Notes: a model not told the origin generated them from the letters alone. DNA of 56,493 nucleotides from Candidatus Dojkabacteria bacterium (GCA_025061805.1 JANWZV010000001.1:60498-116990), one strand, 5' to 3'; shown: positions 9,031 to 18,822, counted from the first letter of the stretch. Translations and numbers: made by a program.

Positions 9031-9411
9031 TTATTGTTCTTCTATTTTGTTTCTATAGTAAAATTTCATTTTTTGATACAATAATACAGAAGCTACCATT
9101 GCCAAAATTTTGTTTTTGCTTCTTATCGGAAAGAAAAAAAGATTATCTTCCTTTATGAAAGAAACCCAATAATCAGGTTGTTTTTGATCTTTTTTTAGAA
9201 AAATTTTAGCTCTATTGATTGACCAGTATGATATTATTTCAATACATTTTTCAACTATTTTTTGTTCTTCTTCTTTTGTTGCATCTCTTTTACACAAATC
9301 TATTTTTAAATCAAAGAGAAAATTTTTTATTTCTTCCAAAAGTTCCTTTATATTGACTTTTAAATTATCCTTATCAGAATCCATAAAAATATTTATTTTT
9401 TGCTTTCCCAT
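9031..9411 (-). CDS. Hypothetical protein (126 aa)
   Basis: ORF from the track. Confidence 0.5.
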   Translation of the reverse strand: MGKQKINIFMDSDKDNLKVNIKELLEEIKNFLFDLKIDLCKRDATKEEEQKIVEKCIEIISYWSINRAKIFLKKDQKQPDYWVSFIKEDNLFFFPIRSKNKILAMVASVLLYQKMKFYYRNKIEEQ

Positions 9412-9416
9412 AAATA
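9409..9416 (+). promoter_or_regulatory. CATAAATA motif upstream of the radical SAM gene at 9432
   Basis: 8-mer located 15 nt before the ATG, in a divergent intergenic region. Confidence 0.3.
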
Positions 9417-9431
9417 CAAAATGAATTTTAC

Positions 9432-10523
9432 ATGTATTTGTCTTTTGAAGAAATTAAAGAAGTTCATTTAGAAATAACATCCAAATGTAATTTATTGTGC
9501 CCATCATGCGCAAGGACGATAACATTTTATGATGAGGGATATTTACAAAAACATTCTGATAAAAAAAACATAGATATAACGATTTCCGATATAAAAAAAA
9601 TTTTTTCGGTAAAATTTATTGATAACTTAGAATGTGTCATGTTTTGTGGAAATTATAGTGAACCTATTGCAAACAATGATATATTGGAAATATTGGAATA
9701 CTTCAAGATAAACAAAAATATAAAGATCATTCTTTTTACAAATGGAAGTTTAAGAAACAAGGATTTTTGGAAAAGTTTGTCTCGTTTTTTTTCTGATGAA
9801 AGAAGTGGGGTCATTTTTTCCATCGATGGTCTAAGCGATACCAACAAGATTTATAGGATAAATTCTAATTTTGAAAAAATAATGGAAAATGCAAAGACTT
9901 TCATAGAAAACGGCGGCTACGCTGTTTGGGATTTTTTGGTTTTTGAACACAATAAACATCAGATAGAAGAAGCCGAGAAATTGGCAAAGAAAATAGGATT
10001 CAAGCAAATAAGATTCAAACAATCTCATAGATTGATTTCAAAAAATTTGCAGAAAAGTAATATATTTAAGTATAAGGAAAATATAGAAAAAATAAAAACA
10101 GTCAAAATTGTCGATGATTATGAAGAAAAAATGAAAAAAATTGAAAAGATATATGGATCTTATGAAAATTACAAAAAAAATTGTCCCGTGAATTGTAAAA
10201 CAAGAAACAGAAAATCTATATATATAGATTTTTTGCAAAGAGTGTGGCCGTGTTGTTGGTTTGCTGCCAATTTCATGCACCACGATAATGTGGAAACAGA
10301 AGAACTGGAAAAATTATACTGTTATTATGATAATGATTATGATTTCAATTCTCTGAAGAAAAAATCATTAGAAGAAATATTGAATCATGATTTTTTCGTG
10401 AATTATCTCGAAAAATCCTGGATGGACAAAAATTTTAGACATTCTGTTTGCGGTAAAGTTTGTGGAAATATAGTAGAATTTTCTTCCAACGATAAAACCA
10501 ATAGAAAGGTTAAAGTTTTATGA
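9432..10523 (+). CDS. Radical SAM enzyme with a Cys-rich (SPASM/twitch-like) C-terminus
   Basis: CNLLCPSC is a CX3CX2C motif. The C-terminal cysteines are CPVNC...PCCW...C...SVCGKVCG. Confidence 0.8.
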   Translation: MYLSFEEIKEVHLEITSKCNLLCPSCARTITFYDEGYLQKHSDKKNIDITISDIKKIFSVKFIDNLECVMFCGNYSEPIANNDILEILEYFKINKNIKIILFTNGSLRNKDFWKSLSRFFSDERSGVIFSIDGLSDTNKIYRINSNFEKIMENAKTFIENGGYAVWDFLVFEHNKHQIEEAEKLAKKIGFKQIRFKQSHRLISKNLQKSNIFKYKENIEKIKTVKIVDDYEEKMKKIEKIYGSYENYKKNCPVNCKTRNRKSIYIDFLQRVWPCCWFAANFMHHDNVETEELEKLYCYYDNDYDFNSLKKKSLEEILNHDFFVNYLEKSWMDKNFRHSVCGKVCGNIVEFSSNDKTNRKVKVL

Positions 10524-10535
10524 TTGTTGTCGAAA

Positions 10536-10543
10536 AATAAATA
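10536..10543 (+). promoter_or_regulatory. AATAAATA motif upstream of ORF 10550
   Basis: Exact 8-mer located 6 nt before the ATG. Confidence 0.3.
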
Positions 10544-10549
10544 ATGTAA

Positions 10550-10951
10550 ATGATATTTTTTGAGATTTTTGACAAGAACATAGAAAACATAGTCGGTATA
10601 CAGAAGATATCCGAAGACGAATATGATTGTAATGGTGATTCTTTTTATGAGGTTTTCGGATGGATAAAAGAAACTTTAACTGAAGCAGAATATAAAGGAA
10701 AAAAAGTAAAATTGAACAAGCCTTTTAGAACTCCACAAGGGCCAAAAAAATTTGCAGTATATGTCAAAAATAAAGACGGAAAAGTAATAAAAGTGAATTT
10801 TGGTTATCCGGGGATGAAAATCAAGAAATATGACCCGAAAGCCAAAAAAAGTTTTGCAGCTAGACACAAATGTCATTTGGCCAAAGATAAGACAACGCCT
10901 AGATATTGGTCTTGTCGGGCACCATTGTCAAAAGGTTCGGGATATTGGTAA
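10550..10951 (+). CDS. Conserved small basic phage protein of unknown function (133 aa)
   Basis: The segment KKVKLNKPFRTPQGPKKFAVYVKNKDGKVIKVNFG...FAARHKC...PRYWSC recalls a family I have seen in marine T4-like phages and giant viruses. Its function is unknown. Confidence 0.55.
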   Translation: MIFFEIFDKNIENIVGIQKISEDEYDCNGDSFYEVFGWIKETLTEAEYKGKKVKLNKPFRTPQGPKKFAVYVKNKDGKVIKVNFGYPGMKIKKYDPKAKKSFAARHKCHLAKDKTTPRYWSCRAPLSKGSGYW

Positions 10952-11481
10952 TGGGAAATTTATTCAAATTTAAACCAAAATTCAATGTTGATTACCTCAA
11001 GAATATTGTTCTTGATTATACGAAAAATTTTGAATGGTTAAAATGGAAAGATGAAGATTGGTATCAATATATTCAAATTATGGAAAACAAGGATTATGTT
11101 TTGAATTCTGATTTGAATAAGGAAATAGATTACTATTTGAATTTTTTCGGAGTAACCCCCACAAAATGTAGAATTTCCAGAACTTTAAACAAAAAAGGTG
11201 AAATATGGCCAAGCAAAAGAGGGTGGCATAGGGATCCTCCGATATCAAAAGAAATAAGATTGTTGATTCCCATATCTGGTTGCGAAAATACTGGAATAGA
11301 ATTTGCTAACTCTCCTCCAGAAAAAATAGAATATGGATATGTGTATTTTTTTAACACACAAATTTATCATAGAATATGGTGCGATTCTTGTGATGTAGAA
11401 AGAATATGTCTGCTTATATGCTTTGAAAACAATTTCAAGGGAAATATCAATTTTTATAAGAAATATTTCAATAAGTTATAA
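10951..11481 (+). CDS. Putative 2OG-Fe(II)/cupin-type oxygenase-like protein
   Basis: The start was moved to ATG 10951, which forms a TAATG overlap with the previous stop. There is a candidate HxD...H iron triad (GWHRDP ... IYHRIW). Confidence 0.4.
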   Translation: MGNLFKFKPKFNVDYLKNIVLDYTKNFEWLKWKDEDWYQYIQIMENKDYVLNSDLNKEIDYYLNFFGVTPTKCRISRTLNKKGEIWPSKRGWHRDPPISKEIRLLIPISGCENTGIEFANSPPEKIEYGYVYFFNTQIYHRIWCDSCDVERICLLICFENNFKGNINFYKKYFNKL

Positions 11482-11493
11482 TTTCGATAACTT

Positions 11494-11766
11494 TTACACC
11501 GAATCTGGTCTTTTTCCGTAAACGGTCTTTGCTATTTGTTTTTTCAGGTGTGTATCTTTTATTTTTGCTATTTTTTGATTTTTTAAAATATTCAAATCTT
11601 TAAGAGATATGATTTTTTTAGTAGAATAAGGTTTATTTCTGGAACCTAATTTATCTCTCTCTATGCTGTAAAAATTTTCGTTTTTGAAATCAAATTTTCT
11701 TTCTACTTCTTTTTCTTGTTTACTGATTGTATTCATCTGATCGAATTCATTATCTTCTTTGATCAT
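11494..11766 (-). CDS. Hypothetical protein (90 aa)
   Basis: ORF from the track. Confidence 0.5.
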   Translation of the reverse strand: MIKEDNEFDQMNTISKQEKEVERKFDFKNENFYSIERDKLGSRNKPYSTKKIISLKDLNILKNQKIAKIKDTHLKKQIAKTVYGKRPDSV

Positions 11767-12118
11767 TTTTTTTCAATTTGTAATCCAAAATATTTTTTAA
11801 TGGATTATCTCCCGGCTTGGATATTTTGAATTCCGGAGTTAAACCACCAGAAAAAGTAAAAGCATCTATTATTTGTTTCTTTACTTTTTTTCTTATCGGG
11901 GTTGTTCCGTAATCATAATCATTCTCGTCGCCTCTTGTCTCATCGACCGTTTTTTTAATTCCAGATAACTTCAATATCTCTTTTATTTGTTTGTTGTGTT
12001 TTTTGCTTTTATTTTTTTCTTCTTTATTCTTTTTAATGATTTTTCCTTTTGTGATATCAAAGTTGAAATCCATTATTTCATTGTCTACGAGAAACTTTTT
12101 AAAATTTATGTCTTTCAT
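11750..12118 (-). CDS. Hypothetical basic protein (122 aa)
   Basis: ORF from the track. Confidence 0.5.
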   Translation of the reverse strand: MKDINFKKFLVDNEIMDFNFDITKGKIIKKNKEEKNKSKKHNKQIKEILKLSGIKKTVDETRGDENDYDYGTTPIRKKVKKQIIDAFTFSGGLTPEFKISKPGDNPLKNILDYKLKKNDQRR

Positions 12119-12119
12119 G

Positions 12120-12899
12120 TTACTTTTTTCCTATAGTTTTCTTCAGCGTTACTATTTTGTTGTCTTTATCGAGAAATTCTTTTTTCATTTCCGGAAAATC
12201 ATCATAGACATTTACCACTGGTCTTTTCAATAAATCTTCGTTTTTGGAGAATTTTTCTTTCGAAAATCTATGATAAGATTTCGGTGCATCTTTTATTGAT
12301 TTATTGAAATCGTTATCATCAAAATTTTTATTTATTTCGAAAGCAATTTCACTTGATAAAGCATATAAACCGTTTATTCTTTGTTTTTTAAGTTCTCTCA
12401 TGTAGAGTTTAAGATTTTCCACCTGTTCGTTGGAGAAATAATCTTTGCCGTTTTGTATTTTTTCAGATTCGGGATATTCTTCATTCGATGATAATTTTGG
12501 TAAAATATGATATTTGTTTTTTTCTGCTTCTTGTTCTATTTCTTCTTTTGAATTTATTATATCTGATTCCACATTCATTGGTTCCAATTTGCTTCTCACG
12601 ACCACATATTTTTCTGGTATGCAAAGCCAATTTTTTATTTCTTGCTCAAGAATATAACTAGATAAAGGTAAATGCGTCTTGAATGTCATTATGAATATTT
12701 CAGTGTTTTCTACATCGGGAAAGTCAAGCGGATTTTTTTGAATTATCGTTCTTTCAGGTTCGGTCAATTCGATTGGATCATACTTTTGAAGATATATTGC
12801 CAAAGTTTTGATCATTTCTTCGCTGGGTTCAAAGCAAAATTTGATTTTATATTCATATATTTTCAAAGATTCTATGAGATATGATATAAACTTTTTCAT
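12120..12899 (-). CDS. Hypothetical protein (259 aa)
   Basis: ORF from the track. Confidence 0.6.
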   Translation of the reverse strand: MKKFISYLIESLKIYEYKIKFCFEPSEEMIKTLAIYLQKYDPIELTEPERTIIQKNPLDFPDVENTEIFIMTFKTHLPLSSYILEQEIKNWLCIPEKYVVVRSKLEPMNVESDIINSKEEIEQEAEKNKYHILPKLSSNEEYPESEKIQNGKDYFSNEQVENLKLYMRELKKQRINGLYALSSEIAFEINKNFDDNDFNKSIKDAPKSYHRFSKEKFSKNEDLLKRPVVNVYDDFPEMKKEFLDKDNKIVTLKKTIGKK

Positions 12900-12944
12900 C
12901 GTTATTATTTATCTATTTTATCAAAAACATAAAAGACGATAAAT

Positions 12945-12952
12945 CATAAATA
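12945..12952 (+). promoter_or_regulatory. CATAAATA motif upstream of ORF 12963
   Basis: 8-mer located 10 nt before the ATG. Confidence 0.3.
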
Positions 12953-12962
12953 TTCAAGTAAA

Positions 12963-13781
12963 ATGATAAATTGGTCAAACAGTGATAAGAAAATCTTAGA
13001 TTTAATAAAAAAAGAATGTTCTCAAATATTGGATTTATATAAAAATCATAAGAAATATCTTTATAGAGGAGTAAAAAATTTCAACCTTATAACTGGAAAA
13101 ATCTATCCGAAAGAAGATAGAAAACCATTGGACATAGATAAATCTTTTCATGATTTTTTGGTAATGATTTTCGACAGATTGAATTTAGGAGTAAACAGAA
13201 ACAATTGTTTATTTTGTACAACAGACATGTGGTTTGCTTCTTCTTTTGGTAATGTTTTTGTCGTTTTTCCGAAAAATGATTTTAAATATGTGTGGTCTGA
13301 AAAGATATTCGATCTTTATACAGACATAGACGGTATTTGCAATAATATAACAAGAAATAACGATAATATCATATATTTGAAAGATAACATGGAAAGAATT
13401 AGAATTTTTGAAATAAAAAAAATATATTTGGATATATTTTACGAAGAAATATTGAAAATACTACATGAAGAATACAAAGATATTTCTGTCATTGACAAAG
13501 ATCGACGTACAAACAAAATCCACGATATCATAATTAACAATAAAAACATATTTAATTTTTCCAATAGTTCATTCAAAAATCTTTTGAATTTATATTGCTT
13601 GCCTTATCATAAAAGCGAATTCTTACATGATATATTCTTTAAAGAATTCAAAAAGTTATATAAAAACACTGAAATCGAAAAATGTTTATATTCTGGTCAT
13701 GAAATTATGTTGAGAGCAGAATATTTTTATTTGGTAAAATTCAAGAATTTCTTGGATGTGAAAAATTTTTTATTTAATTAG
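12963..13781 (+). CDS. Hypothetical protein (272 aa)
   Basis: ORF from the track. A weak YRG / TT / HE pattern was examined and not accepted (see rejected list). Confidence 0.6.
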   Translation: MINWSNSDKKILDLIKKECSQILDLYKNHKKYLYRGVKNFNLITGKIYPKEDRKPLDIDKSFHDFLVMIFDRLNLGVNRNNCLFCTTDMWFASSFGNVFVVFPKNDFKYVWSEKIFDLYTDIDGICNNITRNNDNIIYLKDNMERIRIFEIKKIYLDIFYEEILKILHEEYKDISVIDKDRRTNKIHDIIINNKNIFNFSNSSFKNLLNLYCLPYHKSEFLHDIFFKEFKKLYKNTEIEKCLYSGHEIMLRAEYFYLVKFKNFLDVKNFLFN

Positions 13782-14717
13782 TTCATATATATCTTTTATG
13801 TAGTTTTTATCGATTTTTTCTATTACAAATCCTTTTTCATAGTGGATCATTTTCAAAAGTATGTTCGCGTTATCGCTATTTGCGATGAATAAAAACATTT
13901 TATTTCCATATATAGAAATGAACTTTTTTTCGTTTTTTTGTAGATTGTCTATGAAAATTCTTTTTATTTGTTTTATCTTGTCTTTATTGTTGAATTCTTC
14001 TTCTGAAAAAATCAAATAAACGGTTTTACTTTTAATGTTTTCAATATTCAACATTTCCAACAAGATTTTCAATAAGATAAACCAGTAATGTTGATGATAA
14101 TTTTTTGATTTATCGAAAGTGTTCAAAGAATATTCATGAATGGAATTTACGTACAAGAAGTTTCCATAACTTATTGTTTTATATTTTTCATTTAAATCAT
14201 CGATTATATCAAAATATTTGATTATTTTTTCTTCTTGAAAAGATATCGGTTTACCATTTTTTGTCTTTATTGAAATTACTTCCATATCTTTAATAGTATC
14301 GAACAGTTTACCTCGAATATATTTTTCTTTATCAAATATTTCTTTCATCATTAATAAAGTTTTAAAAAAACAAGAAATATTTCGAATATATCCGTTTTTT
14401 AATATATTTTCTTGATAATTTTCTACTGAAGAAGATATTTTTAATATCCTATCTTTATATATTGTTCCGTAAAATGAGAATTTTTTCTGGTAATTATTTA
14501 ATTCTTTAAAATCTACTTTTTCTTGTTTTAAGATATAGTCGTTTTCCAAAGAGGTCAACAATGACAAATCACCCGATTTTAAGATTTTTTGTATCAAAAT
14601 CAACCCATTATCAAAACTATAATATATTACGGAATTATTCGGAATGAAAATATAATTTTCTTTTTTATTTTGAAAGATCTTGAAGGTTGTTTTTTGATCG
14701 AGGATTTTTAGAAACAT
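13770..14717 (-). CDS. Hypothetical protein (315 aa)
   Basis: ORF from the track. Confidence 0.6.
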   Translation of the reverse strand: MFLKILDQKTTFKIFQNKKENYIFIPNNSVIYYSFDNGLILIQKILKSGDLSLLTSLENDYILKQEKVDFKELNNYQKKFSFYGTIYKDRILKISSSVENYQENILKNGYIRNISCFFKTLLMMKEIFDKEKYIRGKLFDTIKDMEVISIKTKNGKPISFQEEKIIKYFDIIDDLNEKYKTISYGNFLYVNSIHEYSLNTFDKSKNYHQHYWFILLKILLEMLNIENIKSKTVYLIFSEEEFNNKDKIKQIKRIFIDNLQKNEKKFISIYGNKMFLFIANSDNANILLKMIHYEKGFVIEKIDKNYIKDIYELIK

Positions 14718-15621
14718 TTTTTTCGATTATATAAAATGTTTTTAAAAAGTCAATGTAAAATTTATTGTCATGTTCTTTTATAGAAATTTTCTTCAATTTA
14801 TAAAATTTAGACAGTAGTTCGATATCATAATGTTTCATATCGTTGTAATTTTTACAAAATATAATAAACTTGTTTTCATCGATATATACTTTTTTTAAAT
14901 TTGTGTTTTTAGAAAAAATGTCGTTTTTAGCAAAGTTTTTGAATTCGATTTCATCGAATTGGTCTTTATTTCGAATCATGATATATTTTTTATAATTGAA
15001 AATTTTTTCATTCAATTTCTTGTAGATGAAAGAAAGATAAAATAACTTGTTTTCATCTTCTATATCCTTTTCGTGCCCGATTTCTTCGAAAGAAAAATCA
15101 AATATTTTTTTATTTGACAATATTTCTTCTTTTATTTTTTCATATTTAAGTAGATTTTTGTTGAAATTATGGAGAAAAACCTTGAAAGGTATTTTTTCTA
15201 CATTTATTTTTTGTTTGTCTTTATAAAGAATACATATATTTGTTTTGGTATAAAGATCTTTTTTAATGGAAAAATTTCTATTATAGAATATTTTCAATAA
15301 AAAAAACATAAAATTGACATAGTTAAGATTTATTTTATGAAATTTTATTCCTTTACCTGTATTTTCATAAAATTTATAGATAAGTTCTTCTAGTTTTTTT
15401 GTATAAGTCGTATCATAGATATCATAAAAATCATCTTTTTTGCAAACGTGAAAAATTTTGAAGTTTTCTCTTTTCGATATGATGTATTTTAATAGATTTT
15501 CATGTTTAAATAGATCATCGTGTTTATAATTGATCGGATTTACAGTAATATTTTGTCTTAATGTAGTTTTTTCCGAAAACAGGAATATGTTTTCGTTTAT
15601 TTCGACGAAACGAAATATCAT
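14665..15621 (-). CDS. Hypothetical protein (about 318 aa)
   Basis: The start was moved to ATG 15621..15619 (MIFRFVEINEN...), which forms an ATGA overlap with the stop of the upstream nucleotidase gene. Confidence 0.6.
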   Translation of the reverse strand: MIFRFVEINENIFLFSEKTTLRQNITVNPINYKHDDLFKHENLLKYIISKRENFKIFHVCKKDDFYDIYDTTYTKKLEELIYKFYENTGKGIKFHKINLNYVNFMFFLLKIFYNRNFSIKKDLYTKTNICILYKDKQKINVEKIPFKVFLHNFNKNLLKYEKIKEEILSNKKIFDFSFEEIGHEKDIEDENKLFYLSFIYKKLNEKIFNYKKYIMIRNKDQFDEIEFKNFAKNDIFSKNTNLKKVYIDENKFIIFCKNYNDMKHYDIELLSKFYKLKKISIKEHDNKFYIDFLKTFYIIEKNVSKNPRSKNNLQDLSK

Positions 15622-16079
15622 AGACCGAGTTCTTTCAGTTTTTTTATCGTAGCATCGTAGTTTATGTGATGAATGCCTATTCCTCCTTGTTCTATCCAAT
15701 CTACGATATTTTTTTCATTGTCATCTATTAGTATGGAATTTTTCGATGAATATTTTTTTTTGTCTTTTGCATATAAAAGTATTACATTTACATTATCTCC
15801 TAAATTTTTTCTACACCATTCTTTTTTTTGTGGTATGGCCCAATCCCCAACCGGTATTCCCGATAAAATAATGGGGTTATATTTTTTTATGTAATTCCAT
15901 AAAAGTTTTCCATCTTTCAACCATTTTAAATTAGTGAAAAAATCTTTTTCGTTTTTTAATGTGTTCCAAAAAACTTTTTTAGGTAAATATTCATATTCTT
16001 TGTTTTTAAAGACTTTTTTTACTCCTGACAAGAAGTCTACTAATACTCCATCCAGATCTACATAGATTTCATATTTCAT
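15618..16079 (-). CDS. HAD-family 5'(3')-deoxyribonucleotidase-like protein (NT5C type)
   Basis: The N-terminal MKYEIYVDLDGVLVDF carries DxDGV (HAD motif I). A distal ILIDDNEKNI segment and the 153-aa size are typical of this family. Confidence 0.65.
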   Translation of the reverse strand: MKYEIYVDLDGVLVDFLSGVKKVFKNKEYEYLPKKVFWNTLKNEKDFFTNLKWLKDGKLLWNYIKKYNPIILSGIPVGDWAIPQKKEWCRKNLGDNVNVILLYAKDKKKYSSKNSILIDDNEKNIVDWIEQGGIGIHHINYDATIKKLKELGL

Positions 16080-16156
16080 TTTTTCATTATATCATATATC
16101 TGTTAAGTTCAAGAGTTTTTTTAAAATTTTTCTTTACACGAAAAAATAATATATTA

Positions 16157-16164
16157 AATAAATA
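16157..16164 (+). promoter_or_regulatory. AATAAATA motif upstream of ORF 16193
   Basis: Exact 8-mer located 28 nt before the ATG. Confidence 0.3.
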
Positions 16165-16192
16165 TATAAGTAGACAAAAACTTATTGTCAAA

Positions 16193-16921
16193 ATGCGTGA
16201 AGAAAATATCAATATACTATTTCAAACAAATAGGAATATCAAAAAATTGACATTAAGGGAACTTTTGGATTTGATTTATTTGTATTGTTTGGTATTTTTA
16301 GTTTTCCACAAAGCAGAAAAAAGCGGAAGAATACATTCTGCGTTGAGAAAATATTATGCTTATACAGTGGATGGTATTTTAAATAAGAGACCAAAAAACG
16401 ATCTTTCTCTTTTGGTTACTGTATTTTTTGATGTAGATCAATTTTTGAAACTAAAAAATTACAACGAAAACATAAAAATCGCTTCTCTAGTAAGAAAGTT
16501 TATTCCGGACTTGATTGCTTATTTAAAGGGATTATACAACAGAAACTTATCGGATGAGCAAATCAATTCGATTTTGATGCGTCTAGAATCTAAGTTGCTT
16601 ATAGATCAAGATTATAAGGATTTAAGAAGAGTTATGTTTTACTGGGATACGGAATGCACCATTCATGCAAAAAGAGTCATTTGTACTAGACTTATGCAAG
16701 CTGTTCAACATAAGGGCGAATCTTCGGGAAGAATGGATGTTTATTATTTATACAGAGATTGGCACAAAGGTAAAAACTATAGTATGAAAACAACATATAA
16801 TGCTGAATTTAATAAACCAGATGATAGTAGTTTTGGTAAAGTGAGCACACTTGGTGTCATATCCGGAATCTTATCTGCTATTGCTGGCTTTGCTGTTGGA
16901 TATAAATCCGGAAAAAATTAA
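16193..16921 (+). CDS. Hypothetical protein with a C-terminal hydrophobic (TM-like) segment
   Basis: ORF from the track. The C-terminus reads VSTLGVISGILSAIAGFAVGY. Confidence 0.6.
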   Translation: MREENINILFQTNRNIKKLTLRELLDLIYLYCLVFLVFHKAEKSGRIHSALRKYYAYTVDGILNKRPKNDLSLLVTVFFDVDQFLKLKNYNENIKIASLVRKFIPDLIAYLKGLYNRNLSDEQINSILMRLESKLLIDQDYKDLRRVMFYWDTECTIHAKRVICTRLMQAVQHKGESSGRMDVYYLYRDWHKGKNYSMKTTYNAEFNKPDDSSFGKVSTLGVISGILSAIAGFAVGYKSGKN

Positions 16922-16974
16922 AAAGCATTTTTAAAATTTGATATTTTCGTTAAAATGGTATTATAATAATTATT

Positions 16975-17160
16975 ATGACAGAGAATAATATTTTGTCTAA
17001 ATCCGATAAAAAATATAAAGTAAAAAATATCAAAAAAATGACTAACGAAGAACTAAAGGAGTTCTTGGATTGGTTTTTGAATCTTAATAAATTTTCAGAA
17101 AAAGCATATCTTTCTTGTCCAGAAAAATTGAAAAAATATTTCGAAGAATGCGAAAAATGA
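16975..17160 (+). CDS. Hypothetical small protein (61 aa)
   Basis: ORF from the track. Its stop overlaps the next start (ATGA). Confidence 0.45.
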   Translation: MTENNILSKSDKKYKVKNIKKMTNEELKEFLDWFLNLNKFSEKAYLSCPEKLKKYFEECEK

Positions 17161-17795
17161 AAAAAAGAATAATTCCTTTTTGGCTTATGCCTGGATCTTG
17201 GGGTTTGCGCGGGAAAACAAGAGAAATAGCAAAGATCGAGTATTATTATGATGGTGAAGAAAAAGAAAGAAAAATATTAGATATATTGTATGAAAATGAC
17301 GAAGAAAGAAAGAATTTGGAAAACCTTAAGTTGGATTTGAAATATGGAAAAATTTCAGAATATGATTATCAAAAAAGACTTTCTATAATAAAAAATAAGA
17401 ATGATGAAGATTTATTGAAACTAGAAATTCTTGAACTCAATTTCAAATACAAAAAAATATCAAAATATGATTATGAAAAGGAAAAAGCAGAAATATTGAA
17501 GAAACCTTGGGTCGGTGTTAGTCCTGAATCTGGTTTTGATGAAACTAAAGGCAAAAATGGATTTTTATTGTCTCTAGATTATAATTCTTACTTCATAGAA
17601 ATGTTGAGGGAAAGTGGATATACGGGAAAAAATGACAACGAAATTATTGACAATTGGTTTAAGGATGTTATGCTGTCCGTATTTTTGGAAGAAAGACCAG
17701 AAGAATTTGATGAAATAAATTTCAGAAGAAATCCCCCAAAATCAAATAAAAGAGAAATCGAGACAAAAATGGGAGAAAGAGAAATTTATTCATGA
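17157..17795 (+). CDS. Hypothetical protein (212 aa) with an internal KxSxYDYxK duplication
   Basis: The start was set at ATG 17157 (MKKRIIPFWLMPGSWGL). The internal repeats are LDLKYGKISEYDYQK and LNFKYKKISKYDYEK. Confidence 0.6.
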   Translation: MKKRIIPFWLMPGSWGLRGKTREIAKIEYYYDGEEKERKILDILYENDEERKNLENLKLDLKYGKISEYDYQKRLSIIKNKNDEDLLKLEILELNFKYKKISKYDYEKEKAEILKKPWVGVSPESGFDETKGKNGFLLSLDYNSYFIEMLRESGYTGKNDNEIIDNWFKDVMLSVFLEERPEEFDEINFRRNPPKSNKREIETKMGEREIYS

Positions 17796-17811
17796 AGGAG
17801 AATAAGAAAAA

Positions 17812-18822
17812 ATGAGAATAGAATATGAAAGAAAAATAGATTTTTCCGATGTCTTGATAAAACCGAAAAGATCGACATTATCGTCAAGAAAAGAAGTAGA
17901 TATTTATAGAGAATTTGTTTTTCCTCATTCGAATATAAAATATTTTGGCGTTCCTATATTAGCCTCGAACATGGATACCATAGGAACAATAGAAATGGCG
18001 AATTCTTTGGAAAAAGAAGGTTGTGGTGTTGTTCTTCATAAGTTCCATGATAACGATGTGTTGTATGATTTTCTAAAATCTAAATACGATCAAGGAATAT
18101 TTTATCATTGGGTTTGCACCGGTATAACCAATGATAATTTTGAAAAAATTAAGGAATTAAATTCGAGAATAAATTTAAAATATGTTTGTTTGGATGTTGC
18201 AAATGGATATCAAGAAACATTTGTAAAGGCTGTACAAAAATTTAGGGATTTATTGAAGGATTCAGTTATCATGGCCGGAAATGTGGTAACCGGAGATATG
18301 ACGGAAGCCTTGATTCTTGCTGGTGCGGATGTTGTTAAGGTAGGAATAGGTTCGGGAAAATGTTGCACTACCAGAAAGATGACGGGGGTTGGATATCCTC
18401 AATTGTCAGCCGTTATTGAATGTTCCGATGCAGCACATGGTTTGAGGGGCTTAATTTGTTCTGATGGTGGAATAAGAGAACCTTCTGATCTTGTAAAAGC
18501 ATTTTGTGCTGGTGCTGATTTTTGTATGATAGGAAGTTCTTTCGGCGGTCATGATGAATGTGGAGGTCAAATAATCGAAAGAGATGGAAAGAAATATATG
18601 CAAATTTATGGCATGAGTTCTGAGATTGCGCAAATAAAATATTATGGAGAAAAACCAAAATATAGAGCGTCGGAAGGTATATGTTTGGAAGTAGAGTACA
18701 AAGGAAAAGTTTTAGATACTTTGCGGGAATATTTAGGGGGTTTAAGATCTGCCATGACATATATTGGAGCAAGAAAATTAAAAGAAATGTCAAAAAGAGC
18801 AACATTTATTGTAATAACATAA
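17812..18822 (+). CDS. guaC: GMP reductase
   Basis: Colinear with E. coli GuaC across the full length: MRIE...DVLIKPKRSTL, CLDVANGY, GNVVTGDM, ADVVKVGIGSGKCCTTR, GVGYPQLSAVIEC, DGG, YGMSS, YRASEG and LGGLRSAMTY. Confidence 0.9.
   Translation: MRIEYERKIDFSDVLIKPKRSTLSSRKEVDIYREFVFPHSNIKYFGVPILASNMDTIGTIEMANSLEKEGCGVVLHKFHDNDVLYDFLKSKYDQGIFYHWVCTGITNDNFEKIKELNSRINLKYVCLDVANGYQETFVKAVQKFRDLLKDSVIMAGNVVTGDMTEALILAGADVVKVGIGSGKCCTTRKMTGVGYPQLSAVIECSDAAHGLRGLICSDGGIREPSDLVKAFCAGADFCMIGSSFGGHDECGGQIIERDGKKYMQIYGMSSEIAQIKYYGEKPKYRASEGICLEVEYKGKVLDTLREYLGGLRSAMTYIGARKLKEMSKRATFIVIT

Noticed and set aside
12963-13781. R-S-E type ADP-ribosyltransferase (Alt/Mod-like), suggested by YLYRGV, FCTTD and GHEIML
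   Set aside because: The spacing between the putative STS-like and ExE-like elements (about 160 aa) is far from the canonical spacing. The ExE is actually HE. The match is too weak without a profile search.
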